This document shows positions 28,929 through 37,262 of a stretch of 64,000 bases of DNA, one piece after another. This DNA comes from an uncultured Gammaproteobacteria bacterium. Its GTDB lineage: Bacteria; Pseudomonadota; Gammaproteobacteria; Arenicellales; JAANXG01. Position 1 is the first letter of the stretch, and each line of letters opens with the position of its first letter. The stretch is taken from positions 1,494 through 65,493 of the forward strand of contig CAMYMN010000005.1 in the NCBI GenBank assembly GCA_947259395.1, written 5' to 3'. The translations under genes and the position numbers were made by a program. The notes beneath the pieces are model-generated. The model had not been told where the DNA came from, did not search any database, and worked only from the letters and a program-made list of their open reading frames with translations.

Positions 28929-29528
28929 ATGTCTGTCCTGGGAGCTATGGCAATGGGAATATTAATACTTGGACTAGTGCTGTTCTTCGCCATTCACTCG
29001 CTAGCCATCGTTAATCCGGCATGGCGGGACCAAGTGGTGGAGCGCATAGGTGAATGGCCGTGGAAAGGTCTGTACTCGCTGATATCGCTTGCCGGGTTCG
29101 CGCTCATCGTTTGGGGCTATGCGCTCGCCAATCAAATCCCATCCATTGTCTACTTGCCACCGGTGTGGCTACGCCACGGATCACTTGTGTTGTTGGTCTT
29201 TGTGTTTCCGTTGTTGCTCGCCGCCTATCTCCCCGGACGTATCAAGGCGGTCACTAAGCACCCGATGCTGGCGGCCACCAAGATCTGGGCATTCGCACAC
29301 CTGCTGTCAAACGGCGCACTGGCCGACGTGGTTCTGTTCGGTTCGTTTCTCGCCTGGGCGGTGGCGGACCGGATCTCCATGAAGCGGCGCGATCAAAGTC
29401 CAGTGTTGACAGCGCCGCCGTCCAAATTCAACGATGCGATAGCCGTTGTCTTGGGCCTGATGCTTTACGTGGCCTTCGTCCTGTGGTGGCATAACTGGCT
29501 GTTCGGTGTGTCACCCTTTGGCTTATGA
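28929..29528 (+). CDS. NnrU family membrane protein
   Basis: GILILGLVLFFAIHSLAIV N-terminus and a 5-6 TM pattern typical of NnrU. The true start may be the ATG at 28947 or 28953. Confidence 0.7.
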   Translation: MSVLGAMAMGILILGLVLFFAIHSLAIVNPAWRDQVVERIGEWPWKGLYSLISLAGFALIVWGYALANQIPSIVYLPPVWLRHGSLVLLVFVFPLLLAAYLPGRIKAVTKHPMLAATKIWAFAHLLSNGALADVVLFGSFLAWAVADRISMKRRDQSPVLTAPPSKFNDAIAVVLGLMLYVAFVLWWHNWLFGVSPFGL

Positions 29529-29570
29529 CGCCAATGAAACCGGGACAAACTGTCTCCGATTATCGTAAGG

Positions 29571-29924
29571 ATGTCTCTCATGCCGGAACAGATTTCAAAG
29601 TATCCCGAAATAACACTCAAGGTTTTAAAGGGAGCGGGTGCAGTATGCGGCGAGGGTGCTGAACAAAAGATACTAAAAAAATGTCCCGCTGAGCGGTTTT
29701 GCGATCTGCCAACCGGCGAAATCTGCGTATACGGTCTTGAACAGATTCCGCAGATGACGCAAATCACGACGCAGGAAATCGCGAATGTTGTCTGTCCACC
29801 GTCTCAGGGATCAATGTTCCCAGCGTTGGACGACGGTCTCCAGGCGGCACTGTTAGGCATGTGTTTTGCCCTCGGGCTGTTGACAGCGAAGTGGTGGCAA
29901 AGAGGCAAGAAGTCGGCCCACTGA
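29571..29924 (+). CDS. Hypothetical Cys-containing protein with C-terminal TM helix
   Basis: Five Cys in the soluble part (CGEG...KKCPAERFCDLPTGEICVYG...VVCPP) and a TM segment LQAALLGMCFALGLLTAKWW. The likely start is the ATG at 29580, 9 nt after AAGG. Confidence 0.5.
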   Translation: MSLMPEQISKYPEITLKVLKGAGAVCGEGAEQKILKKCPAERFCDLPTGEICVYGLEQIPQMTQITTQEIANVVCPPSQGSMFPALDDGLQAALLGMCFALGLLTAKWWQRGKKSAH

Positions 29925-30062
29925 ATGCGAGCCAGTTGCGATCAGGCGCTGCACCAGCCCTCCAAGTTGGGACGGTGAAGTCACTGTCAAATTGAATGAT
30001 GCTCCGCTTACGGTTCCCTGAAGCAGATCCTTGATCTGCAGATGCGGTCCGCTCCTGGACCA

Positions 30063-30278
30063 CTACATCTCTTGCGCTTCACCGGTGGTGCTGTTGTAAA
30101 CGTCGAGGAGTACCGTCTCGGGGGTCTTGACCTCGATCTCCAGATAGCTGGCCTTGTTCCCTTCCGACTCGAAGAATATCTTCAATGCATCCGCACCACT
30201 GCCTTCAATTACAAATGGGGCATGAGCGACGTCAGAGACGTCGTTTCCTGAGATAGGGTCGACTGTAGTGATTTTCAT
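30063..30278 (-). CDS. Small acidic protein, cysteine-less YHS-like domain suspected (paralogue 1)
   Basis: ATG at 30278 with a GAGGTG RBS. MKITTVDPISGNDVSDVAHAPFVIEGSGADALKIFFESEGNKASY aligns with the neighbouring paralogue and loosely with the YHS pattern DPV-G--V ... Y-F-S--N---F. Confidence 0.6.
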   Translation of the reverse strand: MKITTVDPISGNDVSDVAHAPFVIEGSGADALKIFFESEGNKASYLEIEVKTPETVLLDVYNSTTGEAQEM

Positions 30279-30348
30279 CGATGACACCTCATTAAATGAT
30301 GAAACAGGTTTGATATGGACCAATCGCTGCCTCGGTACAATATTCGGG

Positions 30349-30570
30349 CTAGTCCCATAGGATGTCTTCGTCGTCCTCAATTTGTTTGTAAAGCGCAAGT
30401 GAACACGCATCAGGTTGCCGCGCGGCAATCTTTACATACTCTTGTTTATTTTGTTGTGACTCGAAATATATTTTCAATGCGCCGCCGCCGGTACCTTCGA
30501 TAACGAATGGCGCGTTTACCCTGTCCGTGACGTCATTCCCACTGATCGGGTCCCGGGTGGTTGCTCGCAT
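30349..30570 (-). CDS. Small acidic protein, cysteine-less YHS-like domain suspected (paralogue 2)
   Basis: MRATTRDPISGNDVTDRVNAPFVIEGTGGGALKIYFESQQNKQEY. By eye, roughly two thirds of the first 45 residues are identical to paralogue 1. Confidence 0.6.
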   Translation of the reverse strand: MRATTRDPISGNDVTDRVNAPFVIEGTGGGALKIYFESQQNKQEYVKIAARQPDACSLALYKQIEDDEDILWD

Positions 30571-30766
30571 TCGCTAATTTCTCTGTTGATTAATGCCACC
30601 TTCGTCGAGCGGTAACGCGCGTGGTCAGGGGATCCACGTCACCGACGACTCGTTCGATGTCTGTTTTTTCTATGTTACAGGGTTGGCGTGAATGCGGCGT
30701 GAAGGGCACGAAAACCGACAGCCTCTAGACGCGGGGTGCTTTGGCGTAAAATATGGGTTAGCCTGC

Positions 30767-31861
30767 CTACTTCAATTTCTTATAAAGCTCGCGTTCCTCA
30801 TCGCTGATGTTTTCGGGGATACGGATTTGTATGCGCAGATTTAGGTCCCCACGGCCGCTGCGACCATAGCGCGGCAGGCCTTTTCCCCTTAGGCGCAGCA
30901 CTTCGTCCGGTTGCGTCCCCGCGGGGATGTTGACCTTCACGCGAGACCCCAACGTAGGCACCTTGATGGTGGTACCAAGCACCGCATCCGCTACGTGTAT
31001 GGCCTCGGAGCACCATAGATCAGCCCCCATGCGTTGAAACCGGCCATCTTGTTTCGTAAACACTGCCACCTGGAGATCGCCAGGAGGAACCCCGGGCGCA
31101 TCGCCAGGCAGCCCACGCTTGGGGACACGAAGCAACATTCCGTCCTCGATACCCAGCGGTATAGTGATCTTGATGGTCTCTTCTTTTTCCACCTGTCCGT
31201 ATCCGCCGCAGGCGCGGCACGGTTCGCTGATCTCGGTTCCACGTCCGTGGCAAACCGGACAAATCGTGATTTGCTGGATCTTGACCTGTTGAGCGTGTCG
31301 TTGCTCTTGACGCACATCGATTTTTCGCCCTGATCCGTGACAGTCAGGGCATAGACTGGCCGGGCGGCCGGACCGCGTACCATAGCCGTTGCAGTCGGGA
31401 CAACTTGCCGGGTGACTGATACGCACCTTCTGCTTACCGCCTTGGTCGATCAACTCCAGGGGTACTTCGATGCGCACCCGAAGATCTTTGCCATGTGCCG
31501 GCCGCGCTCTGCGATGACCGAACATCCGATCGAAGATACCACCGCCGCCGAAGTCAAAACCCATATCACCGAATAAGTCACCAAAATCAAGACCTCCAAA
31601 TAGATCCTCCGGCGTGTAATGTGCCACCCCTTCCATACCCATGGCGTCGTATTGTGCACGCTTCTTGGGATCCTTGAGGATGGCGTAGGCCTTGGCGACC
31701 TGCTTGAAACGTTCCTCTGCCTCGGGGCTCTGGTTCCGATCGGGATGCCATTTCATGGCGAGTTTGTGATATGCCTGCTTAATGGTTTCCCCATCGGCGT
31801 CCCGAGAAACACCTAAGACCTGATAGTAATCTTGTGCCGGGTACGGCATGAGATCACGCAA
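30767..31861 (-). CDS. DnaJ-type (class I) J-domain chaperone, orphan paralogue (no dnaK or grpE adjacent)
   Basis: J domain ([33 protein letters not shown]), a G/F region, and four CxxCxGxG zinc motifs ([32 protein letters not shown]). Confidence 0.9.
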   Translation of the reverse strand: MRDLMPYPAQDYYQVLGVSRDADGETIKQAYHKLAMKWHPDRNQSPEAEERFKQVAKAYAILKDPKKRAQYDAMGMEGVAHYTPEDLFGGLDFGDLFGDMGFDFGGGGIFDRMFGHRRARPAHGKDLRVRIEVPLELIDQGGKQKVRISHPASCPDCNGYGTRSGRPASLCPDCHGSGRKIDVRQEQRHAQQVKIQQITICPVCHGRGTEISEPCRACGGYGQVEKEETIKITIPLGIEDGMLLRVPKRGLPGDAPGVPPGDLQVAVFTKQDGRFQRMGADLWCSEAIHVADAVLGTTIKVPTLGSRVKVNIPAGTQPDEVLRLRGKGLPRYGRSGRGDLNLRIQIRIPENISDEERELYKKLK

Positions 31862-32001
31862 GCTTGTGTGTGAAACGCATCCATGCGCTGACAGAGGATC
31901 GGCAATATTGTGAATTCAAAATTGTCATTGTATTTTTATACAGTACACGATCCCTGCGCCGATGATCTCGCCGACGCATCCGTGCCTGCCAGGGACAACG
32001 G

Positions 32002-33306
32002 TTAGCCCACACCTTTTTTCTGCGTCTTGAACACACGTTCTGACTGGATGATTAGAAAACTAATTGCAATCGCAGCGATCAAAATCGCCGCCGCAGTGAT
32101 GACGTTGCTCAAAAGCTCCGGGGCCAACAGCAACGTCACCCCCAGCCCGAGCATCATGAGACCCGATACCAACTTCAGGATTCTTCCTCCTCTCTCACCG
32201 AGCTTCCTTGATCCCAACGTCAGGCTGAAGACAACAACCATGATTGCGAGCGGAGTTATGTAAATGAGGTTATAAACTAACAAATAAAGATAATAAGTTT
32301 CCGGGGTCAAGTCATTTAAAGTGAGCGCGCGCGTGTAGATCATTGGAAAACCGGCGGTGCACAATAATTCATAGGTATTGGCGGCAATAGCCAGGGTTAC
32401 GGTGCCCACTAACATCGGCGCTATGCTCCGGGCTTGTGTCAAATCCCGTATGCGCTTGAATAAGCCGGGTTTGGCAGCCTCCGGAATCGTCAGCGAAACG
32501 CCCCTTTGAAACCAGAAATAATCTTTTATGTTCACGACTGCCATTGACAAGGCGATAAGGCCGGCAACGGTTGTTATGACGCGTAGTTCCCCGATCCACA
32601 GGAACACATTCAACCATGCAGCCATGAAGGCAAAATAGATCAGCCCTGAAAATAAAACGAAAGTACCGCCGATGAACAGCATCCGCGATCGGCTCTTGGC
32701 ATGTACCAGCAAGCTCAACAAAAACAGTAACACGAAAAATGCGCAAGGATTGAAGGCGTCCATCCCGGCGATAACCAGTGTCAAGACGGGCAAAGACAAG
32801 CCGGTGATATCGATGTCACCGAAAAAAGGTGCATGAATCGAACTTGGATGTTCCACAGTAGGCGCCAACCGTCCACCGTTCAATAACTTCTGCGCATGGG
32901 CCGACCGGCATTGCTTTAACGTGCGAATCAAGGCCGCGCCCGTGGTCTCCTCATTACCATAGCCAGTCATAAGTGTTTTACAAAAGATAAATCCCGGCAC
33001 CGATGAGACCTCTGTTCCCAAGTATTTTGCCAGCGCCACATAGAGCTGAACGTTATCGCGATGTTTGGTCAGCTCGTAACTGTGAACCGCAAGCCACGGA
33101 AACTTTTTCGGCAGCGCTTCAACAAACGGCTGCGCACGCACGCAGTGCGGACAGCTAAGCGACCAGAAAAAATGTAAATGGATCACGACTTGTTGCTGCT
33201 CATTGAATGTATACCAGAATGAATCATCAAAAGTTTGACTGGACTGTACCGATCCCGGCAAAGACGATAACGCGGTGATAAAGAAAAGAGTCGTCCAAAA
33301 TCTCAT
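32002..33306 (-). CDS. Fusion of a secreted thioredoxin-fold domain (CPHC) with a polytopic membrane domain (DsbD/CcdA-like suspected)
   Basis: Signal peptide. FFWSLSCPHCVRAQPFVE is a thioredoxin-type CxxC. The membrane part begins AGMDAFNPCAFFVLLFLLSLL and has at least 6 further helices. Confidence 0.65.
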   Translation of the reverse strand: MRFWTTLFFITALSSLPGSVQSSQTFDDSFWYTFNEQQQVVIHLHFFWSLSCPHCVRAQPFVEALPKKFPWLAVHSYELTKHRDNVQLYVALAKYLGTEVSSVPGFIFCKTLMTGYGNEETTGAALIRTLKQCRSAHAQKLLNGGRLAPTVEHPSSIHAPFFGDIDITGLSLPVLTLVIAGMDAFNPCAFFVLLFLLSLLVHAKSRSRMLFIGGTFVLFSGLIYFAFMAAWLNVFLWIGELRVITTVAGLIALSMAVVNIKDYFWFQRGVSLTIPEAAKPGLFKRIRDLTQARSIAPMLVGTVTLAIAANTYELLCTAGFPMIYTRALTLNDLTPETYYLYLLVYNLIYITPLAIMVVVFSLTLGSRKLGERGGRILKLVSGLMMLGLGVTLLLAPELLSNVITAAAILIAAIAISFLIIQSERVFKTQKKGVG

Positions 33307-33626
33307 CGGCAGACCGTGGCAACAAAGAAATTCAACCTGCAGCTAACTATCCCCAAGTCAAACCGACTTTGCTATGACGCGGGTCAATCAATATCAACAC
33401 TGGTGTTATGGGTTGTGACCATCAACGATCCAGGGCGTGCTTTTTTTCCACCAGGAACGAACAGCAGCCACAACGTATGGTGCATCGCCCGCGATATTTT
33501 CGAACGCACACCCAGCCGCCGGTCAAATTCGTGCGGGAAGATAGCAATCCCCATCGACCATTTGCCGCCGGTTGTCCATGGGCGCTAACATATCAATCAA
33601 AGACACTAGCGCCTTCACCATCAGTC

Positions 33627-33992
33627 ATGCAGCCGCAGATCCGACGCTTTAACGATCACACCTCTCCCGGGGTGCGCCATTTGGTTGAGTGCGCGGAGAT
33701 CCTGCAGGTTTCCGAGGCCGATATCTTCCGCCTCGCCTACCGGCACTGGTATGAACGGGAGCTCAACGAGCCCCTGCTCAACGAACTGGTCGCCGGTTAC
33801 TTATTGCGTCAGGAACTGCCGGGTTGGGTACGCAGTTACTGCGTGGGGGTCCTCAATCTTGCCGATGTGGGACAGCTCGATCCACGCGATTTTGGCGTTG
33901 AGCGTCCCAGGATGAGGCGGTATTCCGATCATCAGGTTGCATCGCTGTTGACCTTTGGCGGTTTTATTCTCTACTGGCTTTTCTTTGCGTAA
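33627..33992 (+). CDS. Hypothetical protein with C-terminal TM helix
   Basis: An internal ATG at 33627 (MQPQIRRFNDHTSPG...) is the most plausible start. C-terminal hydrophobic LLTFGGFILYWLFFA. No motif recognised. Confidence 0.4.
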   Translation: MQPQIRRFNDHTSPGVRHLVECAEILQVSEADIFRLAYRHWYERELNEPLLNELVAGYLLRQELPGWVRSYCVGVLNLADVGQLDPRDFGVERPRMRRYSDHQVASLLTFGGFILYWLFFA

Positions 33993-34083
33993 ACCTGAAC
34001 TAATCGATCTCCACGGTACCGGCTACAAACATCAGTCAATGTAAGCACGCACATTACTCGTCTGCCTGTGTAAAGTTGTCCTT

Positions 34084-34317
34084 TTAATCTTCGTTTTCGT
34101 TATTGGATTTTCCGCGCTCACCGGGGAAGTGTTCTATCCGGCGTTCGGTACCGTTAGGGATTGTGCGTTCACCGTCGTCCCACTGGTCGTGGGTCCGGTG
34201 GGAGCCGCAGCATCTCATTCGCCCTTTGAAGCCAGACAACATGCAAAACAGCATCATACCGATACATACCAGCGGGAAGATCCACCAGAGTTCAAGGTAT
34301 TCAATTCCAAGGTTCAT
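34084..34317 (-). CDS. Small membrane protein with a CC pair (77 aa)
   Basis: Strong AGGAGG lies 7 nt before the ATG at 34317. TM helix LELWWIFPLVCIGMMLFCMLSGF, then RMRCCGSH. It lies 53 bp downstream of the AhpD-like gene on the same strand. Confidence 0.6.
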   Translation of the reverse strand: MNLGIEYLELWWIFPLVCIGMMLFCMLSGFKGRMRCCGSHRTHDQWDDGERTIPNGTERRIEHFPGERGKSNNENED

Positions 34318-34373
34318 CACTTACCTCCTTATTCAAATATCTTTTCAATGGTTGTCAGCATCAGAACGACACA

Positions 34374-34862
34374 TCAACCGCAAATTCCGGCTGCTGCTTG
34401 GCGCTGTGGCTGGACCTGTTGAATCTCGTTGCCCGTTTTGACGATCTTCTCCACATGGCTCGCCGCCTTGGCCTTGATAAGCCGTGCGAGCCGTACCACC
34501 GCCTGCAGCTCATCGTCAGTAATCCCGATCGTCGCGGCCACAGCCCGGTGCTTTGCCAAATTAGTCGTGCAGTTCACGGCAAATGCCGCACCGACAGACA
34601 CCAGTTCGGTGAGCCGACGGGTCTTACCGTCGCTGCGCTCATTAACGCCGTGGGCGACGTCGAGTTCACCGAGGCCATAGCTTTCCATGACTTGTTGCGC
34701 GCTCGCACGCACGCTAATGGCATCGGCAATAGCCCGCTGGATTTCAATTTCAGTGGCCTTGGCCTTGCGTACTGCCTTGAGGTGATAGTCTGTGCATGGC
34801 TTGCAACCGGCCACCACTGAAATTGCCACTGCGACCAGCTCTTTTTCCTTTAATGTCATCAT
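34374..34862 (-). CDS. Carboxymuconolactone decarboxylase / AhpD-like family protein
   Basis: AAGGAG lies 9 nt before the ATG at 34862. AhpD-core CxxC motif: ELVAVAISVVAGCKPCTDYHLKA. Confidence 0.85.
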   Translation of the reverse strand: MMTLKEKELVAVAISVVAGCKPCTDYHLKAVRKAKATEIEIQRAIADAISVRASAQQVMESYGLGELDVAHGVNERSDGKTRRLTELVSVGAAFAVNCTTNLAKHRAVAATIGITDDELQAVVRLARLIKAKAASHVEKIVKTGNEIQQVQPQRQAAAGICG

Positions 34863-34918
34863 CGTCTTCAACTCCTTGGTTGTCTTCGAGGATTCCAATA
34901 ACTTTCTTTGTCCTTACC

Positions 34919-34949
34919 TCTTAGACGACGCCGCAACCCAAAGCGTTAC
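34919..34949 (-). promoter_or_regulatory. ECF-type promoter-like motif GTAAC-N17-CGTCTAAGA reading toward the AhpD-like gene
   Basis: The plus strand reads TCTTAGACG (34919-34927), a 17-nt spacer, then GTTAC (34945-34949). On the minus strand this is GTAAC-N17-CGTCTAAGA, identical in both boxes to the motif at 34980-35010. Confidence 0.5.
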
Positions 34950-34979
34950 ATGGTGCACGTTCCTGCATTCGGTTTTGCC

Positions 34980-35010
34980 GTAACACTTTTATGGTCAAGT
35001 TCGTCTAAGA
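34980..35010 (+). promoter_or_regulatory. ECF-type promoter-like motif GTAAC-N17-CGTCTAAGA reading toward the Cys-rich peptide / ECF sigma operon
   Basis: GTAAC (34980-34984), a 17-nt spacer, then CGTCTAAGA (35002-35010), about 45 nt upstream of the peptide start codon. Confidence 0.5.
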
Positions 35011-35053
35011 ATCGCAACGTAAACGCCTCAATGACACAGTAAGGAGTATGGTT

Positions 35054-35248
35054 ATGACGACGAAAACTACTCAAGACCTCGGCCGAAGTGCGAAGCCGGA
35101 CCAGGCATCGATTTCAACACCAGAAGAAATCACTGAGACGATGGAAGGATGCTGTTGCGGTCCGATGATGAAACAGATGATGGAAGCCTGCCTGGATAAA
35201 GCCGAGAAGGTTAAAGAGAAGGAAAAAAAAGAGTCCGCCTGTTGTTGA
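35054..35248 (+). CDS. Cys/Met-rich micro-protein (64 aa; 66 aa if the ATG at 35048 is used)
   Basis: TAAGGAG lies 8 nt before the ATG at 35054. Sequence: ...EEITETMEGCCCGPMMKQMMEACLDKAEKVKEKEKKESACC. It ends 42-93 nt before the ECF sigma gene. Confidence 0.55.
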   Translation: MTTKTTQDLGRSAKPDQASISTPEEITETMEGCCCGPMMKQMMEACLDKAEKVKEKEKKESACC

Positions 35249-35341
35249 CTCGCATCAACCGGCCTCGCGCATTGTCCCCCTGACACCGCCATGATAGCCT
35301 GCTTACATAGCGCCACACCTTTGCCGACAACAACAAATTCC

Positions 35342-35920
35342 ATGACTAAAACTACAGCCGAAACGCTGGCCGAGCACCGAGATGCTGTACGGGGTTTCGT
35401 GCTGGGACTTATCGGCGACGAGGCCTTGGCCGAGGATCTGACACAAGAGACCTATGTGCGTGTCCAGCGCGCGGCCGGCTCGTACCGCGGCGAGGCCAAT
35501 GAGCGCACTTGGTTGTGCGCCATTGCCCTAAATTTAGTCCGCGATCACTTCCGCGCTGTCAAACGTGTCCCAGAGTCGAGCTTAGATACCGAAACCAGGC
35601 ACGCGATGATAAATAGTAGTGAGGACGTAGAATTGAGCGCACTCAAGACAGAAATGTCGAGTTGCATCGGTGCCTATCTGACTCAGTTGCCACGTTCTCA
35701 GTACGAAGTGGTGGCGCTCCACGATATGGCCGGCCTCACCCACAAGGAGATTGCCGCCCAGCTCGATATCTCGGTGGCGAATGCACGGGTACTTCTGCAT
35801 CGAGGACGCGCCGCGTTACGGAAGATTTTGGAGGAGCATTGCGTGCTGTCATTGGACAGTGACACCATACCCTGCGAACGCCGGCCTACCTCACAAACAA
35901 CGAGGTCAGGCACCAAATAA
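35342..35920 (+). CDS. ECF-subfamily sigma-70 factor
   Basis: Region 2 (ALAEDLTQETYVRVQRA ... ERTWLCAIALNLVRDHFR) and region 4 HTH (YEVVALHDMAGLTHKEIAAQLDISVANARVLLHRGRAALRK). An alternative upstream ATG is at 35291. Confidence 0.85.
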   Translation: MTKTTAETLAEHRDAVRGFVLGLIGDEALAEDLTQETYVRVQRAAGSYRGEANERTWLCAIALNLVRDHFRAVKRVPESSLDTETRHAMINSSEDVELSALKTEMSSCIGAYLTQLPRSQYEVVALHDMAGLTHKEIAAQLDISVANARVLLHRGRAALRKILEEHCVLSLDSDTIPCERRPTSQTTRSGTK

Positions 35921-36036
35921 CGCTAATGTTCGAGTTAACAGTGTCCCATCGCGTTTTTCAGAATATTGGGTTCGTCATTCTCAACATCAGAAGCAAGAAC
36001 AAGACGTTTTAATACCACCGGACTAGTGTCCACTGC

Positions 36037-37251
36037 TCACTGCTGCAGAACCTGTAGCACCCGATCGATATCTTTCTCGGTGTGATTCGCGCACACCTGC
36101 AGCCTGATCTCCTCTTCCCCTTTTGGGACCACCGGGTAATTAAGGCCGGTAACGAGTATGTCGTTGTCGAACAGATGCTGCACCAACGCCGCGGTCTTGG
36201 CCGTGTCGCGAACCAACACCGGCACAATCGGATGTTCTCCACGGATGGTTTCTAACCCCAAGGCCTCGAGCCCGGCCCGCAATCTGGCGGCGAGACTGCG
36301 TGCTTTGTCCAGCAACTTACGCCCCTGTGAACCGGCGAGGATATCCAACGCTTCCGCGGCGGCAGCGGCCTCGGCCGCAGTAATCGGATTCGAGTAGATA
36401 TAAAACGGCGCCGTCTCCCGCAGATAGTCAATCGCCGTCCCTGTTGACACCACGTAACCCCCATTCACACCCAATGCCTTGCCCAAGGTGGCGATCAGCA
36501 GGTCCGCCCGGGCATGGGTGTATTCTTCCGTCCCGCGCCCACTTTGGCCAAACGCGCCAACGCCGTGGGAGTCATCGACCAGCGTGAGGATCCCCTCTTT
36601 ATACGCCTGTTCATGGCGCTCACAGATCGCCTTGATCTCGGCCAACGGCGCATGATCACCGCGCATACTGAAGATGCCGTCGGTGACCACGCACACCCGT
36701 TTGGCCTGACCGGTATTCGATGCGAGGATGTGATCCAGTTCGGACATGTCGAGATGAGCATAGACGGCCTTTTTTGTCGGGCGCGCGAGTCGTATCGCGT
36801 TAATGATGCAGTTGTGATTCAGCGCATCGCTGACCACTAAGGTGTGTTCGTCGATGAACTGCGGTAATACCCCCACCACCGTCGCGTACGCAGCGCTCAT
36901 CAGCATCGCGGCCTCGCGACCGTGAAACGCAGCCAGTTTTCGTTCCAGGTCGACATGGGGCTGATAAGTGCCGCTGATAAAGCGCACCGCCCCGGGCCCG
37001 GCGCCAAATTGTTCCGCCGCCCTGGCCTCTGCCGCGATCACGCGTTCATGCAAGGCAAGGCCCAAGTAAGAATTCGAGTTCATCCTCAGGAACGCTCGCT
37101 CTCCATAACCTTCAAGGGTATACCTGGGACCAAACCCATCTTTCCCTGGAAGCACCCCGGTAACCACATATTCCACGCCTTTGAGCGTGCCTCGGGCTTT
37201 TCGTTCGGCCAGGCTACGTCTCAACAAGGGCTCAATCTTGTCAAGCGCCAT
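36037..37251 (-). CDS. kbl: Glycine C-acetyltransferase (2-amino-3-ketobutyrate CoA ligase) type PLP-dependent acyltransferase
   Basis: Alpha-oxoamine synthase family features (NSNSYLGL, DDSHGVGAFGQSGRG, the ATLGKALG lysine motif). It lies directly downstream of the SDR-type threonine dehydrogenase. Confidence 0.85.
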   Translation of the reverse strand: MALDKIEPLLRRSLAERKARGTLKGVEYVVTGVLPGKDGFGPRYTLEGYGERAFLRMNSNSYLGLALHERVIAAEARAAEQFGAGPGAVRFISGTYQPHVDLERKLAAFHGREAAMLMSAAYATVVGVLPQFIDEHTLVVSDALNHNCIINAIRLARPTKKAVYAHLDMSELDHILASNTGQAKRVCVVTDGIFSMRGDHAPLAEIKAICERHEQAYKEGILTLVDDSHGVGAFGQSGRGTEEYTHARADLLIATLGKALGVNGGYVVSTGTAIDYLRETAPFYIYSNPITAAEAAAAAEALDILAGSQGRKLLDKARSLAARLRAGLEALGLETIRGEHPIVPVLVRDTAKTAALVQHLFDNDILVTGLNYPVVPKGEEEIRLQVCANHTEKDIDRVLQVLQQ

Positions 37252-37262
37252 GCTCTATCGAC

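Noticed and set aside
30571-30766. Third copy of the ECF promoter motif (CGTCTAGA near 30730 on the minus strand, GTAAC near 30670)
   Set aside because: The two boxes are not paired at 16-17 nt. CGTCTAGA has TTTAC rather than GTAAC upstream, and GTAAC is followed at 17 nt by CGAAC.
31862-32001. Sigma-32 heat-shock promoter upstream of the DnaJ paralogue
   Set aside because: A TTGAAT element is present, but no CCCCAT-like -10 lies at the proper 13-15 nt spacing.
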